Positions 32,185-42,817 of a stretch of DNA of 64,000 nucleotides are shown here, piece by piece. Position 1 is the stretch's first letter. Every line of letters begins with the position of its first letter. The notes beneath the pieces were generated by a model. It saw only the letters and a program-made list of their open reading frames with translations. It did not search any database and was not told the DNA's origin. Origin of the DNA: an uncultured Gemmatimonadaceae bacterium (lineage in GTDB: Bacteria > Gemmatimonadota > Gemmatimonadetes > Gemmatimonadales > Gemmatimonadaceae). Both the position numbers and the translations under genes were made by a program. The stretch is from assembly GCA_963817955.1 (NCBI GenBank), contig CAWFQK010000003.1:128001-192000 (forward strand), read 5' to 3'.

Positions 32185-32901
32185 ATGACTGACGAGCTGT
32201 CGCTGCTACGCGCCGAGGTTCGACGTACCCGTCGTTACGTGGTCGCCTTGTCGTGCCTTCTTCTCGCCGCGTCCGTAACCGCGTTCCGAGCTGCCACCGC
32301 GCCGACTCGCTTCAAGGAGATCGATGTCGAGCGGATCAACGTTCGCGAACCTGACGGCAAGCTACGAATGATCATCGCGAATCGCGCAATGTCGAGCGGG
32401 CCGATCGCTCGCGGAAAGCCGTTCGGCTATGGCGGCGGCAATCGTCCCGGGATCATCTTCTTTAATGATGAAGAAACCGAGAACGGTGGCCTGGTCTTCG
32501 AAGGCAAACGGGAGAACGGCGTTGCAAACGCCGGGGCACAGCTCTCATTCGACCAATACGAGCAAGATCAGATATTGTACTTGACGTACCAAGACGAGAA
32601 CGGCCAACGAATCACGGGTCTGAACGTTGTTGATCGGCCGGATACGACCGGCGGCCGACGGCCCGGCCCCATTGGAAACGCGCCGCGGGTATTCGTCGGG
32701 CGGGACGCTTCCCGGTCGGCCGTCCTGCGATTGTCCGATCCGTTCGGTCGTCCGAGAATACGTATCAGCGTCGACTCGATGGGGATCGGCAGAATCGAGT
32801 TCTTGGATGGGCGCGGGCACGTCGTGCAGACGGTTCCTTCCTCCGCACCAGACAGCGCGAATCGGGGAGCTGAGTTCGACTTCGTTAGATTCTTACGATA
32901 G
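32185..32901 (+). CDS. Membrane-anchored hypothetical protein
   Basis: N-terminal TM; IDVERINVREPDGKLRM; beta-rich body. Confidence 0.65.
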   Translation: MTDELSLLRAEVRRTRRYVVALSCLLLAASVTAFRAATAPTRFKEIDVERINVREPDGKLRMIIANRAMSSGPIARGKPFGYGGGNRPGIIFFNDEETENGGLVFEGKRENGVANAGAQLSFDQYEQDQILYLTYQDENGQRITGLNVVDRPDTTGGRRPGPIGNAPRVFVGRDASRSAVLRLSDPFGRPRIRISVDSMGIGRIEFLDGRGHVVQTVPSSAPDSANRGAEFDFVRFLR

Positions 32902-32925
32902 ATTCTCTCCAAGTCGGAGGTCATC

Positions 32926-33068
32926 ATGCAATTCGAGTTGACGGCCATCTTCCAAGAGGCTCTCGAGGGCGGGTATGTCGCCTTCGTCGAGGAACTTCCT
33001 GGCGTGAATACCCAGGGCGAAACGCTCGATGAGGCCCGTGAGAATCTTCGCGAAGCGGTCGGCGGCCC
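32926..33068 (+). pseudogene. HicB antitoxin N-terminal fragment
   Basis: GGAGG RBS; EGGYVAFVEELPGVNTQGETLDEARENLREAV; then runs into the antisense of the ADOP permease. Confidence 0.75.
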
Positions 33069-35723
33069 TCAATCCGCGCCGAGCGCCACCGCGGGATCCA
33101 CCCGCATTGCCCGCCGCGCCGGAACATATGACGCACACAACGCCACGACGCCCAGCAGCAGCGCGACGCCGACATACGTCAGCGGATCACCTGGCCCCAC
33201 CGCGACCAGATATCCACGAATTGCGCGACCCGCGGCGGCGGCGAGCCCCACCCCAATGATTATTCCCATGACCGCGAGCATCGTACCCTGTCGAAACACG
33301 AGGCGCGCAACATCGCGCGGCTGGGCCCCGAGCGCGACGCGTACGCCGATCTCGCGCGTGCGCTGGCTCACCGTGTAGGCGATCACGCTATACAGGCCAA
33401 CGGTGGAGAGCACGAGGGCCGCGAGGGCAAACACGGTGAGCATCGCCATCGCGAACCGCGGGCCAGCCAGGTTGGCTTGCAGCTCCGTCTCCGACGTGGA
33501 CGTTCGCACGATTCGTAATTGAGAGCTGGTACTTTGAACGATCTGACGGAGCGTCGCGGCGAGCGCACTGCTCTCGAGGGCGCTGCGATACGCGAACCCC
33601 TGTGCCGGAAACCCAATCATCCGCATCGGATAATAGATCTGAAGATCGTAGCGATCCCCGGTGCGGCCGGGGACTCGAAGGTTCTGAGCGACACCGACGA
33701 CCGTCACCCACGGCGCGTTCGCGCTCGAACGCATCCGCGACCCCAGGGCGTTGCCAGCGGGCCAGAGCCGTCGCGCGAGCTGCTCGCTCACGATGACCTC
33801 GTCGCCCGGACCCGTCGCGCGACCCGAGCTGTCGCCGCTGAACGTGTGGCCGCGCAAGTGGATGCGCGCGACCCGGAAAAAGCCGGGCTGCACCATGAAG
33901 AACCCTATCGTCCCCACGTGCGCCGTTTCACTGGTGCTGCGCCCTTCCAGTTCGAAGGCCTGGGAGCTGACGCCGCTGCGTGGCGGGAGATCGCCCGCCT
34001 CGACCGCATCGTCGATCCCGGGCGTGGCGCGGAGCCTCGCAAGGAAGTCGGCAAACACCGCGATCCGCTGCTCCTTTGGCATTGTGGCGTTCACCCCCAG
34101 ATAGATCTCCGCGAGGCCGTGGGGGTCGAAGCCAACGTCCGTTTGCTGCATTGCGCGGAAGGAGCGCACGAGCAGACCGGCGCTCACGAGCAGCATTACC
34201 GACAGCGCGATCTCGCCCACGATCATGCCGCCACGCACGCGTCGAGCCGCCGCGCCACCAGCCACCGCGCGCGCACCGGCCTTCAGGCGATCGCCCAATC
34301 CGCCGACGGATGCGAACATTGCCGGACCGGCCCCGAACAGCAGCCCAGTGGCGACGGCGAGCGCTGTCGTCCACAGCAGCACCGCCGGTTCGATCCGAAC
34401 GCCATCGAGCTTGTCGAGCGCGTCGGGACGCAGCTTCACGAATATGTGAAGGGCACCCCAGGCCAGCGCGAGTCCAACGACGGCGCCCGAGACCGAGAGG
34501 ACCAGGCTTTCCGCGAGCACTTGTCGCGCGACCCGCGCACGGCCGGCGCCGAGCGCGGTCCGAATGGCGAACTCGCGCTGCCGCGACCACCCGCGTACGA
34601 GAAGTAGGTTCGCCACGTTCGCGCAGGCGATGAGCAGCACGACGCCGACGGCGCCGAACAGCAGCAGCAGCGCGCTGCGATAGCTCGTCCCGAGATAATC
34701 CTGGGCGCGCATCGCTTTCGCCGACATGTTCTTCGAACCCGCGGCGCTCGGCAGCGACGCCGCGATCGCCGCCAATTCCTTGCTCGCCTGCTCGGCCGTG
34801 ACTCCCCGGCGCAGCTTCCCGAATGCCGAAAGTTGACCAGATGCGTTCGTTGCCAGCGGCGTCCAGATCGCTCGCCCTAGCTCGTCGCTGAACGGAAGAA
34901 CGAACCCGGGCGGAGCGACCCCCACGATCACGCGCGGCAGGCTGTCGACGGTGATGAGCTTTCCGAGGACGTCCGCTGCTCCGGCAAATTGCTGCTGCCA
35001 CAGTGCGTAGCCGATCATCACCGCGGCCGGAGCGCCGGGTCGTGCGTCGGCATCGTTGAACTCGCGCCCGTGCGCCGGCCGTACGCCGAGAAAGCGATAC
35101 ATGCCGGGCGAGATGGCCGCGCCGGCAAGCTGATCGGAGTGGCCGGCGATGACGACCTCGTAGTCCGCCTCTCGCGACGCCACGATCGATTCGAGCGTGC
35201 GCGTGCGCGCACGCCAGCCGTCGATGAGCTCCCCATCCGGCTGCAACATGATGCGTCCGTCACCCACCGTCTGCAACAGCTCCACCATGCGATTCCCGTC
35301 GGCGTATGGCAGCGGCGCCAGCAGCAGATGGTGAATGACGCTGAAGATTGCGCTGTTCGCGCCGATGCCCAACGCGAGCGTCATGACGGCGACGATCGCG
35401 AACATTGGTGCACGCCGAATCTGGCGGCCCGCGAAGCGGAGGTCCTGCGTCAGCTCGGCGGCGGCGTTCCCGACACGCTGGCGCGCTCGCGAGCCGGCGG
35501 AGATCGACGCGGCATGCCGGCGCACGTCGGCGTCGTCGCCGAAGCGCCGCCATGCCTCCGTTACCGCCTCCTCGGCCGACAGGCCCGAGGCTGCGAGCTC
35601 GGCTGCGCGCATGTCGATGTGAAAGCGCAATTCCTCGTCGGCATCGTTCGCGAGTCGCGACGCAGTGCGCCATGGGAGCCGGAAGAGCCGGCGAACGCCG
35701 GGAGGAAGCCGTCGATTGGTCAT
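33069..35723 (-). CDS. ADOP-type duplicated ABC permease
   Basis: DEELRFH, QDLRFA.R, LALGIGANSAIFS, LLIACANVANL, QRTREIGVRVALGA and RVDPAVAL motifs. Confidence 0.92.
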   Translation of the reverse strand: MTNRRLPPGVRRLFRLPWRTASRLANDADEELRFHIDMRAAELAASGLSAEEAVTEAWRRFGDDADVRRHAASISAGSRARQRVGNAAAELTQDLRFAGRQIRRAPMFAIVAVMTLALGIGANSAIFSVIHHLLLAPLPYADGNRMVELLQTVGDGRIMLQPDGELIDGWRARTRTLESIVASREADYEVVIAGHSDQLAGAAISPGMYRFLGVRPAHGREFNDADARPGAPAAVMIGYALWQQQFAGAADVLGKLITVDSLPRVIVGVAPPGFVLPFSDELGRAIWTPLATNASGQLSAFGKLRRGVTAEQASKELAAIAASLPSAAGSKNMSAKAMRAQDYLGTSYRSALLLLFGAVGVVLLIACANVANLLLVRGWSRQREFAIRTALGAGRARVARQVLAESLVLSVSGAVVGLALAWGALHIFVKLRPDALDKLDGVRIEPAVLLWTTALAVATGLLFGAGPAMFASVGGLGDRLKAGARAVAGGAAARRVRGGMIVGEIALSVMLLVSAGLLVRSFRAMQQTDVGFDPHGLAEIYLGVNATMPKEQRIAVFADFLARLRATPGIDDAVEAGDLPPRSGVSSQAFELEGRSTSETAHVGTIGFFMVQPGFFRVARIHLRGHTFSGDSSGRATGPGDEVIVSEQLARRLWPAGNALGSRMRSSANAPWVTVVGVAQNLRVPGRTGDRYDLQIYYPMRMIGFPAQGFAYRSALESSALAATLRQIVQSTSSQLRIVRTSTSETELQANLAGPRFAMAMLTVFALAALVLSTVGLYSVIAYTVSQRTREIGVRVALGAQPRDVARLVFRQGTMLAVMGIIIGVGLAAAAGRAIRGYLVAVGPGDPLTYVGVALLLGVVALCASYVPARRAMRVDPAVALGAD

Positions 35724-35733
35724 GAGTATATCC

Positions 35734-36066
35734 TCACGTCGTTTCGAGAACGGCGTTCATGGCCGCCGAGTAGCGCTGCCAGGCCGCGACTTCCTGCCGC
35801 AGCAACTGACGTCCCCGCCGTGTGATGGAGTAGTACTTGGCGCGACGGTTGTTCTCGGAGAGGCCCCACTCAGCCTCGATCGACCCGTCTTCCTCCAAGC
35901 GGTGGACCGCCTTGTATAGCGCCGCGTCCACGACTCCGAGCTCGCCGTGGGTCTGGTCTTCGATCCATTTGGTGATCGCATACCCGTGCATCGGTGCCCA
36001 GCACAGCGCTTTGAGCACCAGCACGTCGAGCGTGCCGCGGCGAAGGTCGTCGGTCTGTCGGAGCAT
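35734..36066 (-). CDS. PadR family transcriptional regulator
   Basis: GTLDVLVLK..MHGYAI...LY...WGLSENNRRAKYY. Confidence 0.92.
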   Translation of the reverse strand: MLRQTDDLRRGTLDVLVLKALCWAPMHGYAITKWIEDQTHGELGVVDAALYKAVHRLEEDGSIEAEWGLSENNRRAKYYSITRRGRQLLRQEVAAWQRYSAAMNAVLETT

Positions 36067-36068
36067 GG

Positions 36069-36095
36069 CATTCCACTAACTGAGTTAGTGGAATG
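36069..36095. promoter_or_regulatory. Perfect 27-bp inverted repeat, putative PadR operator
   Basis: CATTCCACTAACT-G-AGTTAGTGGAATG, 2 nt upstream of the padR ATG. Confidence 0.7.
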
Positions 36096-36235
36096 TGTCG
36101 CCGATGACAAAGGGCGTCAAGAGCAGTCGGAACGCGGTGGACTTCTCCATGATGCGGCCGGCTATGCGATCTGTGATATCGCGCGGCGTGGCGCGGACCG
36201 CTGGCGTACCTGCGACAATGACGTAGTTTCCCAAT

Positions 36236-37096
36236 GTGATCGACCTCGACGACGTTCGAAAGTCCTATGGCTCGGTCACCGCGCTTCGCGGTGTGTCGTT
36301 GCGCGTGCGGAAGGGTGAGATCTTCGGTCTGCTCGGACCGAATGGCGCAGGCAAGACGACGTTGATCAAGACGCTCGTCGGTTCCGTCCGGGCCGACAGT
36401 GGCTCCGTGCGCGTGATGGGACTGGATCCGTTTCGCGATGTGGCCGAGATTCGCCGCCAGGTCGGTTACATGCCGCAGGCTCCCGTGCTCTACGAGGACC
36501 TCAGCGCGCGCGACAACGTACGGTTCTTCGCCCAGGCGCATGAGTTGTCCGATCTGGAACAACGCGTGGACGCCGTCATCGAACTCACCGGTCTCGCCGC
36601 GCGCGCGCGCGACGCCGTGTTTGGTCTTTCCGGCGGCATGAAGCAGCGCATCTCACTCGCCTGCGCGCTGGTGCACCTTCCTCGCCTGTTGCTCCTCGAC
36701 GAGCCCACTGCCGGCGTGGACCCACAGTTGCGTGAAGCGTTCTGGCACCACTTCCGCCGTCTGGCCGTGAATGGAACGACGCTGCTCGTCAGCACGCATC
36801 TCATGGACGAGGCGCTGCAATGCGACCGCATCGCGGTGCTGCGCAATGGAACTGTGCTCGCGTGCGACACTCCGGCAAATCTGCTGAGTGCGGGACATGC
36901 CACGATCCACGTACACCGCGGTGACGTGATCGAGACGACGACGACCGCGGACTACGCGACGACGCTGCCGGCGGTGCTCCAGCGCTACGGACTCGATCCG
37001 TCGGTGACACGCATCGACGTCGAGCGTGACTCCCTCGAAACCGTCGTGCTGGCGATGATCCGCGCCCGCGAGAGTGACAATGTCGCACGCGAGTAG
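36236..37096 (+). CDS. ABC-2 type transporter ATP-binding protein
   Basis: GPNGAGKT, LSGGMKQR and LLDEPTAGVD motifs. Confidence 0.92.
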   Translation: MIDLDDVRKSYGSVTALRGVSLRVRKGEIFGLLGPNGAGKTTLIKTLVGSVRADSGSVRVMGLDPFRDVAEIRRQVGYMPQAPVLYEDLSARDNVRFFAQAHELSDLEQRVDAVIELTGLAARARDAVFGLSGGMKQRISLACALVHLPRLLLLDEPTAGVDPQLREAFWHHFRRLAVNGTTLLVSTHLMDEALQCDRIAVLRNGTVLACDTPANLLSAGHATIHVHRGDVIETTTTADYATTLPAVLQRYGLDPSVTRIDVERDSLETVVLAMIRARESDNVARE

Positions 37097-37832
37097 GCGT
37101 ACCGTCGCAATCGCGAGCCGAGTGCTGCGTCAGTTGCGCGGCGACCGGCGGTTCATTGTGATCTCGCTGGCCGTGCCCCTCGTTGTCATCTATATCGCGC
37201 GCGTCTTTCTCGGCGCACTCGCCACACCGTTCTTTCAGCCGACGACGCTGGCCCTTCCGATCGGGGCGTTCATCGTTCACTTCCTCACCTACATTCTCTG
37301 TGCGCTCGTGCTGGTGCGCGAGCGGACGGCCGGCACCCTTCAACGGATGTTCGTGAGCGGCTATCGCCGGACCGAGATCATCGGTGGGTACGTTGCGGCG
37401 TACACCTGCCTGGCCACGCTGCAGAGTTTCCTCGTGCTCGGGGAGTTGAGCCTGTTGTTCCGGCCCGGGTACAGCGCGGTGCAATATCTGTCCATGTACC
37501 TGGTGTTCTGGCTGCTCGCCGTCATCAGCATCTCACTGGGCATTTTCGTGTCCAACTTCGCGCGCACCGAGGGACAGGTCTTTCCGTTCATTCCGGCGGT
37601 GATCATTCCGTCGGTTCTGCTCTCGGGTCTCGTGCTCTCAGTGAATCAACTGCCCCGCTGGGCGCAGTGGTTGGCGCCGGCGATCCCATTCTATTGGGCG
37701 AACCGCGTCATCGATACGTTATTGAAGCCGGGCGGCAGCTTCGCGGACGACTGGGTGGGAGCAGTCTGCCTGCCGCTATACGGAATCGTCGTGCTCCTTC
37801 TGTCGACGCGGACGCTACGCGAGGTGGAGTGA
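37080..37832 (+). CDS. ABC-2 type permease
   Basis: Six TM segments; RERTAGTLQRM motif. Confidence 0.88.
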   Translation: MSHASRRTVAIASRVLRQLRGDRRFIVISLAVPLVVIYIARVFLGALATPFFQPTTLALPIGAFIVHFLTYILCALVLVRERTAGTLQRMFVSGYRRTEIIGGYVAAYTCLATLQSFLVLGELSLLFRPGYSAVQYLSMYLVFWLLAVISISLGIFVSNFARTEGQVFPFIPAVIIPSVLLSGLVLSVNQLPRWAQWLAPAIPFYWANRVIDTLLKPGGSFADDWVGAVCLPLYGIVVLLLSTRTLREVE

Positions 37833-37871
37833 CGGTGTTTGTCAGTGAGGCCGCGAACGCCTGCACATCTA

Positions 37872-38390
37872 TCAGTAGTCGACGCCTGGCTCGAACTCAC
37901 CGCCCTCCACGACCCGTACGACGTCGCCGCTCGGCGAAACGTAAAACTCTAACGAACGAGAGCGTCTCGCGAGCTTAACCTCCACCGTCCAGTATGTCTC
38001 GCCGGCAGCGCCGCCGAAGCCCACGAACGACCAATACCTGACCGACCCGCTCCGGATTGCTCCCGTGTCCGCCGGCGACACTCCGCGCGCATTGGCCAGC
38101 CCGTGGGCGACGGCGGAGTGCACTAACTCGCCGAATGAACAGTTGAGCGGCGCATCCAAGTGCTGGACGGCCGTAACCGGAAAACGCACCGTGCGACACG
38201 GATACTTGTTGACAATGGCGGCGCGTTCCGCCGCGCTTGGCTCCTTGCGTTGCGCAACGGCCGAAGCGCACGGCCAACAGAACAATGCGGCCGCGACCAT
38301 CGGAGCCAGTGATCCCATTCGTAGAAGCACGCCAGAATCTTCGGCGCGGTTGGCCGGGATCTCGAGGTAACAGATCTTGCCGTGGGGCAT
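37872..38390 (-). pseudogene. Chimeric ORF: VOC N-terminal stub fused to a secreted hypothetical protein
   Basis: MPHGKICYLEIPA (VOC start) joined in frame to MGSLAPMVAAALFCWPCASAVAQ. Confidence 0.5.
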
Positions 38391-38430
38391 CAGAGAATCC
38401 TCCAGTATCGGTACAGGTTCGGTCCCATCG

Positions 38431-39333
38431 TCAGCTCGCGTGCGCGTTACGATCCTTCTCGAGGCCAAAGGCTGGTGCGTTGTCGGCGGCCCAGTGATGG
38501 AAGCTTCTCGCTGGCGACCCAGTGATCTCCTGGACCGCGGACGTGACAAACGCTGGATGGCCGAGCGTCGCCTGCCACGCGCCGAGCAGCATCTCGGCAA
38601 CGTGCGGGGGCCATGCGGCCGCCGTCTCACTTCGGAACTCATCGGGCGACAGCTCCACGAACTGAAGCGGGCGCCCGATTGCGTCGCCGATCGCGTGGAC
38701 TTGGGCGGCTTGGCTCAACGAGGCGGGACCCGTCAGCACGTAGTCGCTGCCCGCGAATCCAGGCTCGAGCAGCGCCTGCGCGGCCACGTGTGCCACATCC
38801 CGTTCATCGATGGGCGCCGTTTCGGCGGCACCGAACGGCCATCGCACCACGTTGCCCGTTCGGATCTGCGGCGCCCACCAATGCAGCGCGTTTGACGCGA
38901 ACATCCCTGGCCGAAGCACGACGTGACCTTCCGTCGCCTGCCGGAGGAGCCGTTCGACCTCCACGTGAACAGCACGCATCGGGTTCGGTTGCTGAAAGAA
39001 CGGGTGGGACGTTTGGTGAGGGGCGGATAGGTAGACGAGGCGACGAGACCGCGCGGACGACTCCGCGGCAAGGCGAGCGATGACCGCTGCGGCGCTGCCG
39101 ATCGGGGCAGACCAGACGAGGAAGACAGCCTCAATTCCTTCGAGCGCTGCGTCGAGCGACGCCGGGTCCGTGAAGTCTCCGCCAACAATCTCGGTGCCCG
39201 CGGGAAGGATCGCGCGTTCCGGCCGGCGGGTGAGTGCGCGAACGCGCAGGCCGAGTCGGACCAACTCATCGACCACGAGGCGCCCCACCCGCCCCGTGGC
39301 GCCCGTTACGAGGATCGTGCGTGAATGCGTCAC
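38431..39333 (-). CDS. NAD(P)H-binding NmrA-like protein
   Basis: ILVTGATGRVG Rossmann motif; LRPGMFASN; IDERDVA. Confidence 0.9.
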   Translation of the reverse strand: MTHSRTILVTGATGRVGRLVVDELVRLGLRVRALTRRPERAILPAGTEIVGGDFTDPASLDAALEGIEAVFLVWSAPIGSAAAVIARLAAESSARSRRLVYLSAPHQTSHPFFQQPNPMRAVHVEVERLLRQATEGHVVLRPGMFASNALHWWAPQIRTGNVVRWPFGAAETAPIDERDVAHVAAQALLEPGFAGSDYVLTGPASLSQAAQVHAIGDAIGRPLQFVELSPDEFRSETAAAWPPHVAEMLLGAWQATLGHPAFVTSAVQEITGSPARSFHHWAADNAPAFGLEKDRNAHAS

Positions 39334-39547
39334 GTCGCGGCGCGCGGCTCGGTGCAGCTACTCAGCACGCAAACAACTGCGACTCCCAACACGTGCGTGA
39401 CGATTCTTCTCATACCACGAAGCTAATCACCGAAAGCAGCGCTACGGAATATGCCGCGCAAACCGTGCCTCCCACTGGGTGAGCCTCGTGGTCCAAGATG
39501 AGTCCTGAGATGCCGGTAAGAGCGCGGGGCGAAGTTCCGCGCAATCC

Positions 39548-40033
39548 TTAACCGCGGCGCGCCGATTCGATGGCAGCGATGTCGATCTTCTTCATCTGCA
39601 TCATCGCATCGAACGCGCGCTTGGCTGCAGCGGGATCGGGATCGGTGATCGCGTGCGTCAGGGCGATTGGCGTGATCTGCCAGGACAATCCCCATTTGTC
39701 CTTGCACCAACCGCACGCGCGCTCTTCGCCGCCGTTGCCGACAAGGGCATTCCAGTAGCGATCGGTCTCGGCCTGGTCGACCGTCGCGATCTGGAATGAG
39801 AACGCCTCGGTGTGCGTGAACGCCGGTCCGCCATTGAGCCCGAGGCACGGAATGCCGATCACCGTGAACTCGACGGTCAACACGTCGCCTTGCTTCCCCG
39901 ACGGAAAGTCGCCCGGCGCGCGGTGCACGGCGCGAACGGACGACTCGGGGAAGGTTTGGGCGTAAAACCGCGCCGCGCCCTCGGCGTCGCCCTTGTACCA
40001 AAGGCAAATCGTGTTCTTTGGTGGCTTGACCAT
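39548..40033 (-). CDS. VOC family protein (PhnB / 3-demethylubiquinone-9 3-methyltransferase-like)
   Basis: NTICLWY, GLNGGP, CGWCKDKWGLSWQI and MKKIDIA motifs. Confidence 0.9.
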   Translation of the reverse strand: MVKPPKNTICLWYKGDAEGAARFYAQTFPESSVRAVHRAPGDFPSGKQGDVLTVEFTVIGIPCLGLNGGPAFTHTEAFSFQIATVDQAETDRYWNALVGNGGEERACGWCKDKWGLSWQITPIALTHAITDPDPAAAKRAFDAMMQMKKIDIAAIESARRG

Positions 40034-40119
40034 GTCACTTCTCCATCGAGATGAGCTAATCCTGGCCGGAGTCGGACTCATTCGGCAGCGTCTTCTCGGG
40101 CGAAGAGAGTCTGCACCAT

Positions 40120-40370
40120 CAAACGATTCGCCGTGCGACTGCTCGTGGAGTGCACGCTGCCCGTACGCTGGAGCGATCGGAGGGCCCGCTCCAGGAATGC
40201 GATCGAGGTTCTCGATTTCGGTCGCCACATTGTAATCGCTCTCCGCACGAAGGAAGAATCCATCGCGAGAGCGACTGACGCCCCGTACCGGTTCCCAGAA
40301 CCGTTCTCGCCAATGAGGAAAGTGACAGGTTGCGGAAACGCCAGGCATTCCAGATTTACGATCGCCGGCA
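40120..40370 (-). pseudogene. Remnant of a predicted AAA/ABC-type ATPase
   Basis: PVTFLIGENGSG in one frame; DGFFLRAES...LHEQSHGESF in another; middle and C-terminus missing. Confidence 0.7.
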
Positions 40371-40461
40371 GGGAAGAGTTCGACACCGCCATCATCATGC
40401 GATGGAATTGCGACGAGGAAGCGCTTGACTGACATGGGAAGTTGGTTGTCTGGATAACGCG

Positions 40462-40840
40462 TCACATCCACCGCGCCAAGCGGATGGTGAACGTGAGCTT
40501 CTCGCCGCTATCTGTCCACGGTCCAGAAAGCTCCAGTGTGTCGCGCTGCACGCGGTATCCCACGACGTCCCACTTCCCCTCATCCGCAGGATCGAGGGAC
40601 ATGATGCTCTCGATCCGCACCGTGTGCTTCGTGGTGTCGCACTCGTACCGTCCCGCATGCGCGCTGGCCCCCTCGAACGTGTCGCGCAGCTCGGCCGGGG
40701 TCACGGTGTCGCGCCGCCACGAAGCGCCATACGCCTTCCACGGCAGGATCGCGTTGTTGCGCGGAGACGGCGGCTGGGGTCCCGGTCGCGAGGATGATCG
40801 AGACGACCAGGGTAAGTACGTGCTGCTGACGCATCGTCAT
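40462..40840 (-). pseudogene. Lipocalin-like domain secreted protein, copy 1 (internal deletion)
   Basis: Signal peptide plus VEGVWRFV, then a frame change to DTFEGASAHAGRYECD...LTFTIRLAR. Confidence 0.65.
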
Positions 40841-41068
40841 GTCGTCAACCCGAATTAGCGGCGGGGAATTAATGAAGGAGAATTCAACCGGCCGCCGAAT
40901 TTGTGCGAGGCCCTCAATCTGGAATGCATGAATCCAGGGCGGAAGGGTGCTTGCGAGGAAGTTCACGCTTAGCGGAAGATCACGCTTAACGGTTCGCAAT
41001 TGCCATCGTCTTACACGGTTGACCGTTCGTTCGTTGTTCCATCGTGGCACCTAATCGGAGAGATACGC

Positions 41069-41365
41069 ATGCGGTTTTCGACGAAGCTCGCAGTGCTGGG
41101 AATGACGTTGGTGGTTATCGCGGCAGCGCCGAACATGGCGAGCGCCCAACGGCCCCACGCCGGAGCGCGTCCGGTCGCGGCGGGACGTCCGAACGCCCGC
41201 AGGGCCGCCCACGGTACGCCTGAGCAGCAAGCCTGGTTCAAGGCGTACGTGGCAGAGCGCAAGTCGTTGGCGACCCAAGTAAAGGCGGGGACGCTCGACA
41301 AGAAGGGAGCGGTGGCAGCGCTCAAGACATGGCGCGAGGCCAACAAGCCACCCAAGAAGCCGTAG
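41069..41365 (+). CDS. Small basic secreted hypothetical protein
   Basis: GGAGAG RBS; signal peptide (ASAQ). Confidence 0.65.
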   Translation: MRFSTKLAVLGMTLVVIAAAPNMASAQRPHAGARPVAAGRPNARRAAHGTPEQQAWFKAYVAERKSLATQVKAGTLDKKGAVAALKTWREANKPPKKP

Positions 41366-41390
41366 TCGGACACTCGGTCTGTTTCGCGCC

Positions 41391-42650
41391 GTGCTGTCGG
41401 CGCAGTCCAGGCAGTACGAGAGACGAAGTGTCGCCGTGACGATCGTCGCGGTGGCGCTTCTGTCTTGCCTGTCAGCTCCGTCGGGGGCACAGGTTTCCCG
41501 GTCGCCGGCGCCGCGTGACACCGCCGGTTCCGGCCCGAGCGCGACGGAAGGGGGCGTGCAGCAAGTCCTCACGTTCGGCATCAGCTACCGCGGGTACCAC
41601 ATTGGCGATACCGCGGTGAGCGAGCGTGGCGTACCGGTGTCGTACGAGCTGTCCGCGACGCGCCTGCGCTTTCAGCTCGACGCCACGTCGCTGCGATATG
41701 CGGCGCCCGCCTCCGCGATTGCTGGGAACTCTCCGCTGTCCGGCCGGCTCGAGCTCATTTCTCGACGGGGCGACACGCTCGCGTTGGTCGGCAGTTCGGG
41801 CAGCCGGCCCGCGTACCTGGACGCTGTCCAAGCGGCTGCACTCGGTGCGGCCCCTTCCGCAACGATTCCGTTGGAGGCTTTTTCGTTCGGAACGCCTCCG
41901 ATGTTCGGTGCACACACGGCTGTCGGGTTTACCGTGGGCGAGGCGGTCTTGTCGTTGCGCGGCGGCGTCGAGTCCGAGCCGCGGCCGGCCGGCACGCTGC
42001 CGGTCTATTGGCGCGGAACGACGCTCCTTGGCGGTGCAACGCTTACCGGCGACGCGGGCGACACGCGACTCAGCGCCGGTATTGACTACAGCCGAAGCTC
42101 CGGTGATTCGCTCGGCGGGCGCAACTTGTTTCCCGGCGGGGGCGAGCTGACGGCGCTCGGCTCTCTGGCCGGCGGCGTGACAAATCCGTTCGATGATCTT
42201 GGCGATGATATGGATGCTCGCCTGAGCGTATTCGTCAGCCATCCGTTCGGGGATGCGCGCAACGATCAGCCGAACCTGCTCGTGCCGCTGGGGAATACGA
42301 TGGGCGCGACCGGATCGCTCGCCGTGCCGAACGGTATCGTCGTGTGGTCGCCATCCCTCGATCTGACGCGAGAATCGAGTGCATGGACCCGGACCGCCGT
42401 GCTGACGCACGCATCACAGCGCAATACGGCCACCGCGTGGGTGGCGAATCTCGGGCTCGACGCGATCGTTACAATTTCCTCGTTCGCCGACCTGACGCCG
42501 CGGATTGGCTACGCGGTGGGCAGCGTGGATGCGAGCGTTTCGCAGTCGGGTCTGACGGCTCGGCGGGGACGTCCCGTATCGCGATCGGCGTCGTTCACCG
42601 ACGCCGTTCGGGGCTGGTGGACAGGAATGGAGCTTTCGGTCAGCTGGTAG
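41391..42650 (+). CDS. Putative outer-membrane beta-barrel protein
   Basis: Signal-like N-terminus; alternating beta pattern; ends GMELSVSW. Confidence 0.55.
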   Translation: MLSAQSRQYERRSVAVTIVAVALLSCLSAPSGAQVSRSPAPRDTAGSGPSATEGGVQQVLTFGISYRGYHIGDTAVSERGVPVSYELSATRLRFQLDATSLRYAAPASAIAGNSPLSGRLELISRRGDTLALVGSSGSRPAYLDAVQAAALGAAPSATIPLEAFSFGTPPMFGAHTAVGFTVGEAVLSLRGGVESEPRPAGTLPVYWRGTTLLGGATLTGDAGDTRLSAGIDYSRSSGDSLGGRNLFPGGGELTALGSLAGGVTNPFDDLGDDMDARLSVFVSHPFGDARNDQPNLLVPLGNTMGATGSLAVPNGIVVWSPSLDLTRESSAWTRTAVLTHASQRNTATAWVANLGLDAIVTISSFADLTPRIGYAVGSVDASVSQSGLTARRGRPVSRSASFTDAVRGWWTGMELSVSW

Positions 42651-42817
42651 AGCTGGGAAATCAGAGGTGGTCGGACAGGTCAAGACAGTGAGGCAGCTGT
42701 CTTAGGTACACGAGCGCAGGGTGATGGTGCAGTGTAGTTCGATGCTTGTCATCCATGCGCTCAACCGATCACGACCTGAAGAATCCATCGCGAGAGCGAC
42801 GTACGCGCCGTTCCTGT

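Noticed and set aside
39548..40471. 307-aa ORF as a single gene
   Set aside because: Only the last 161 codons are a VOC protein; the upstream part is read-through across ATPase remnants.
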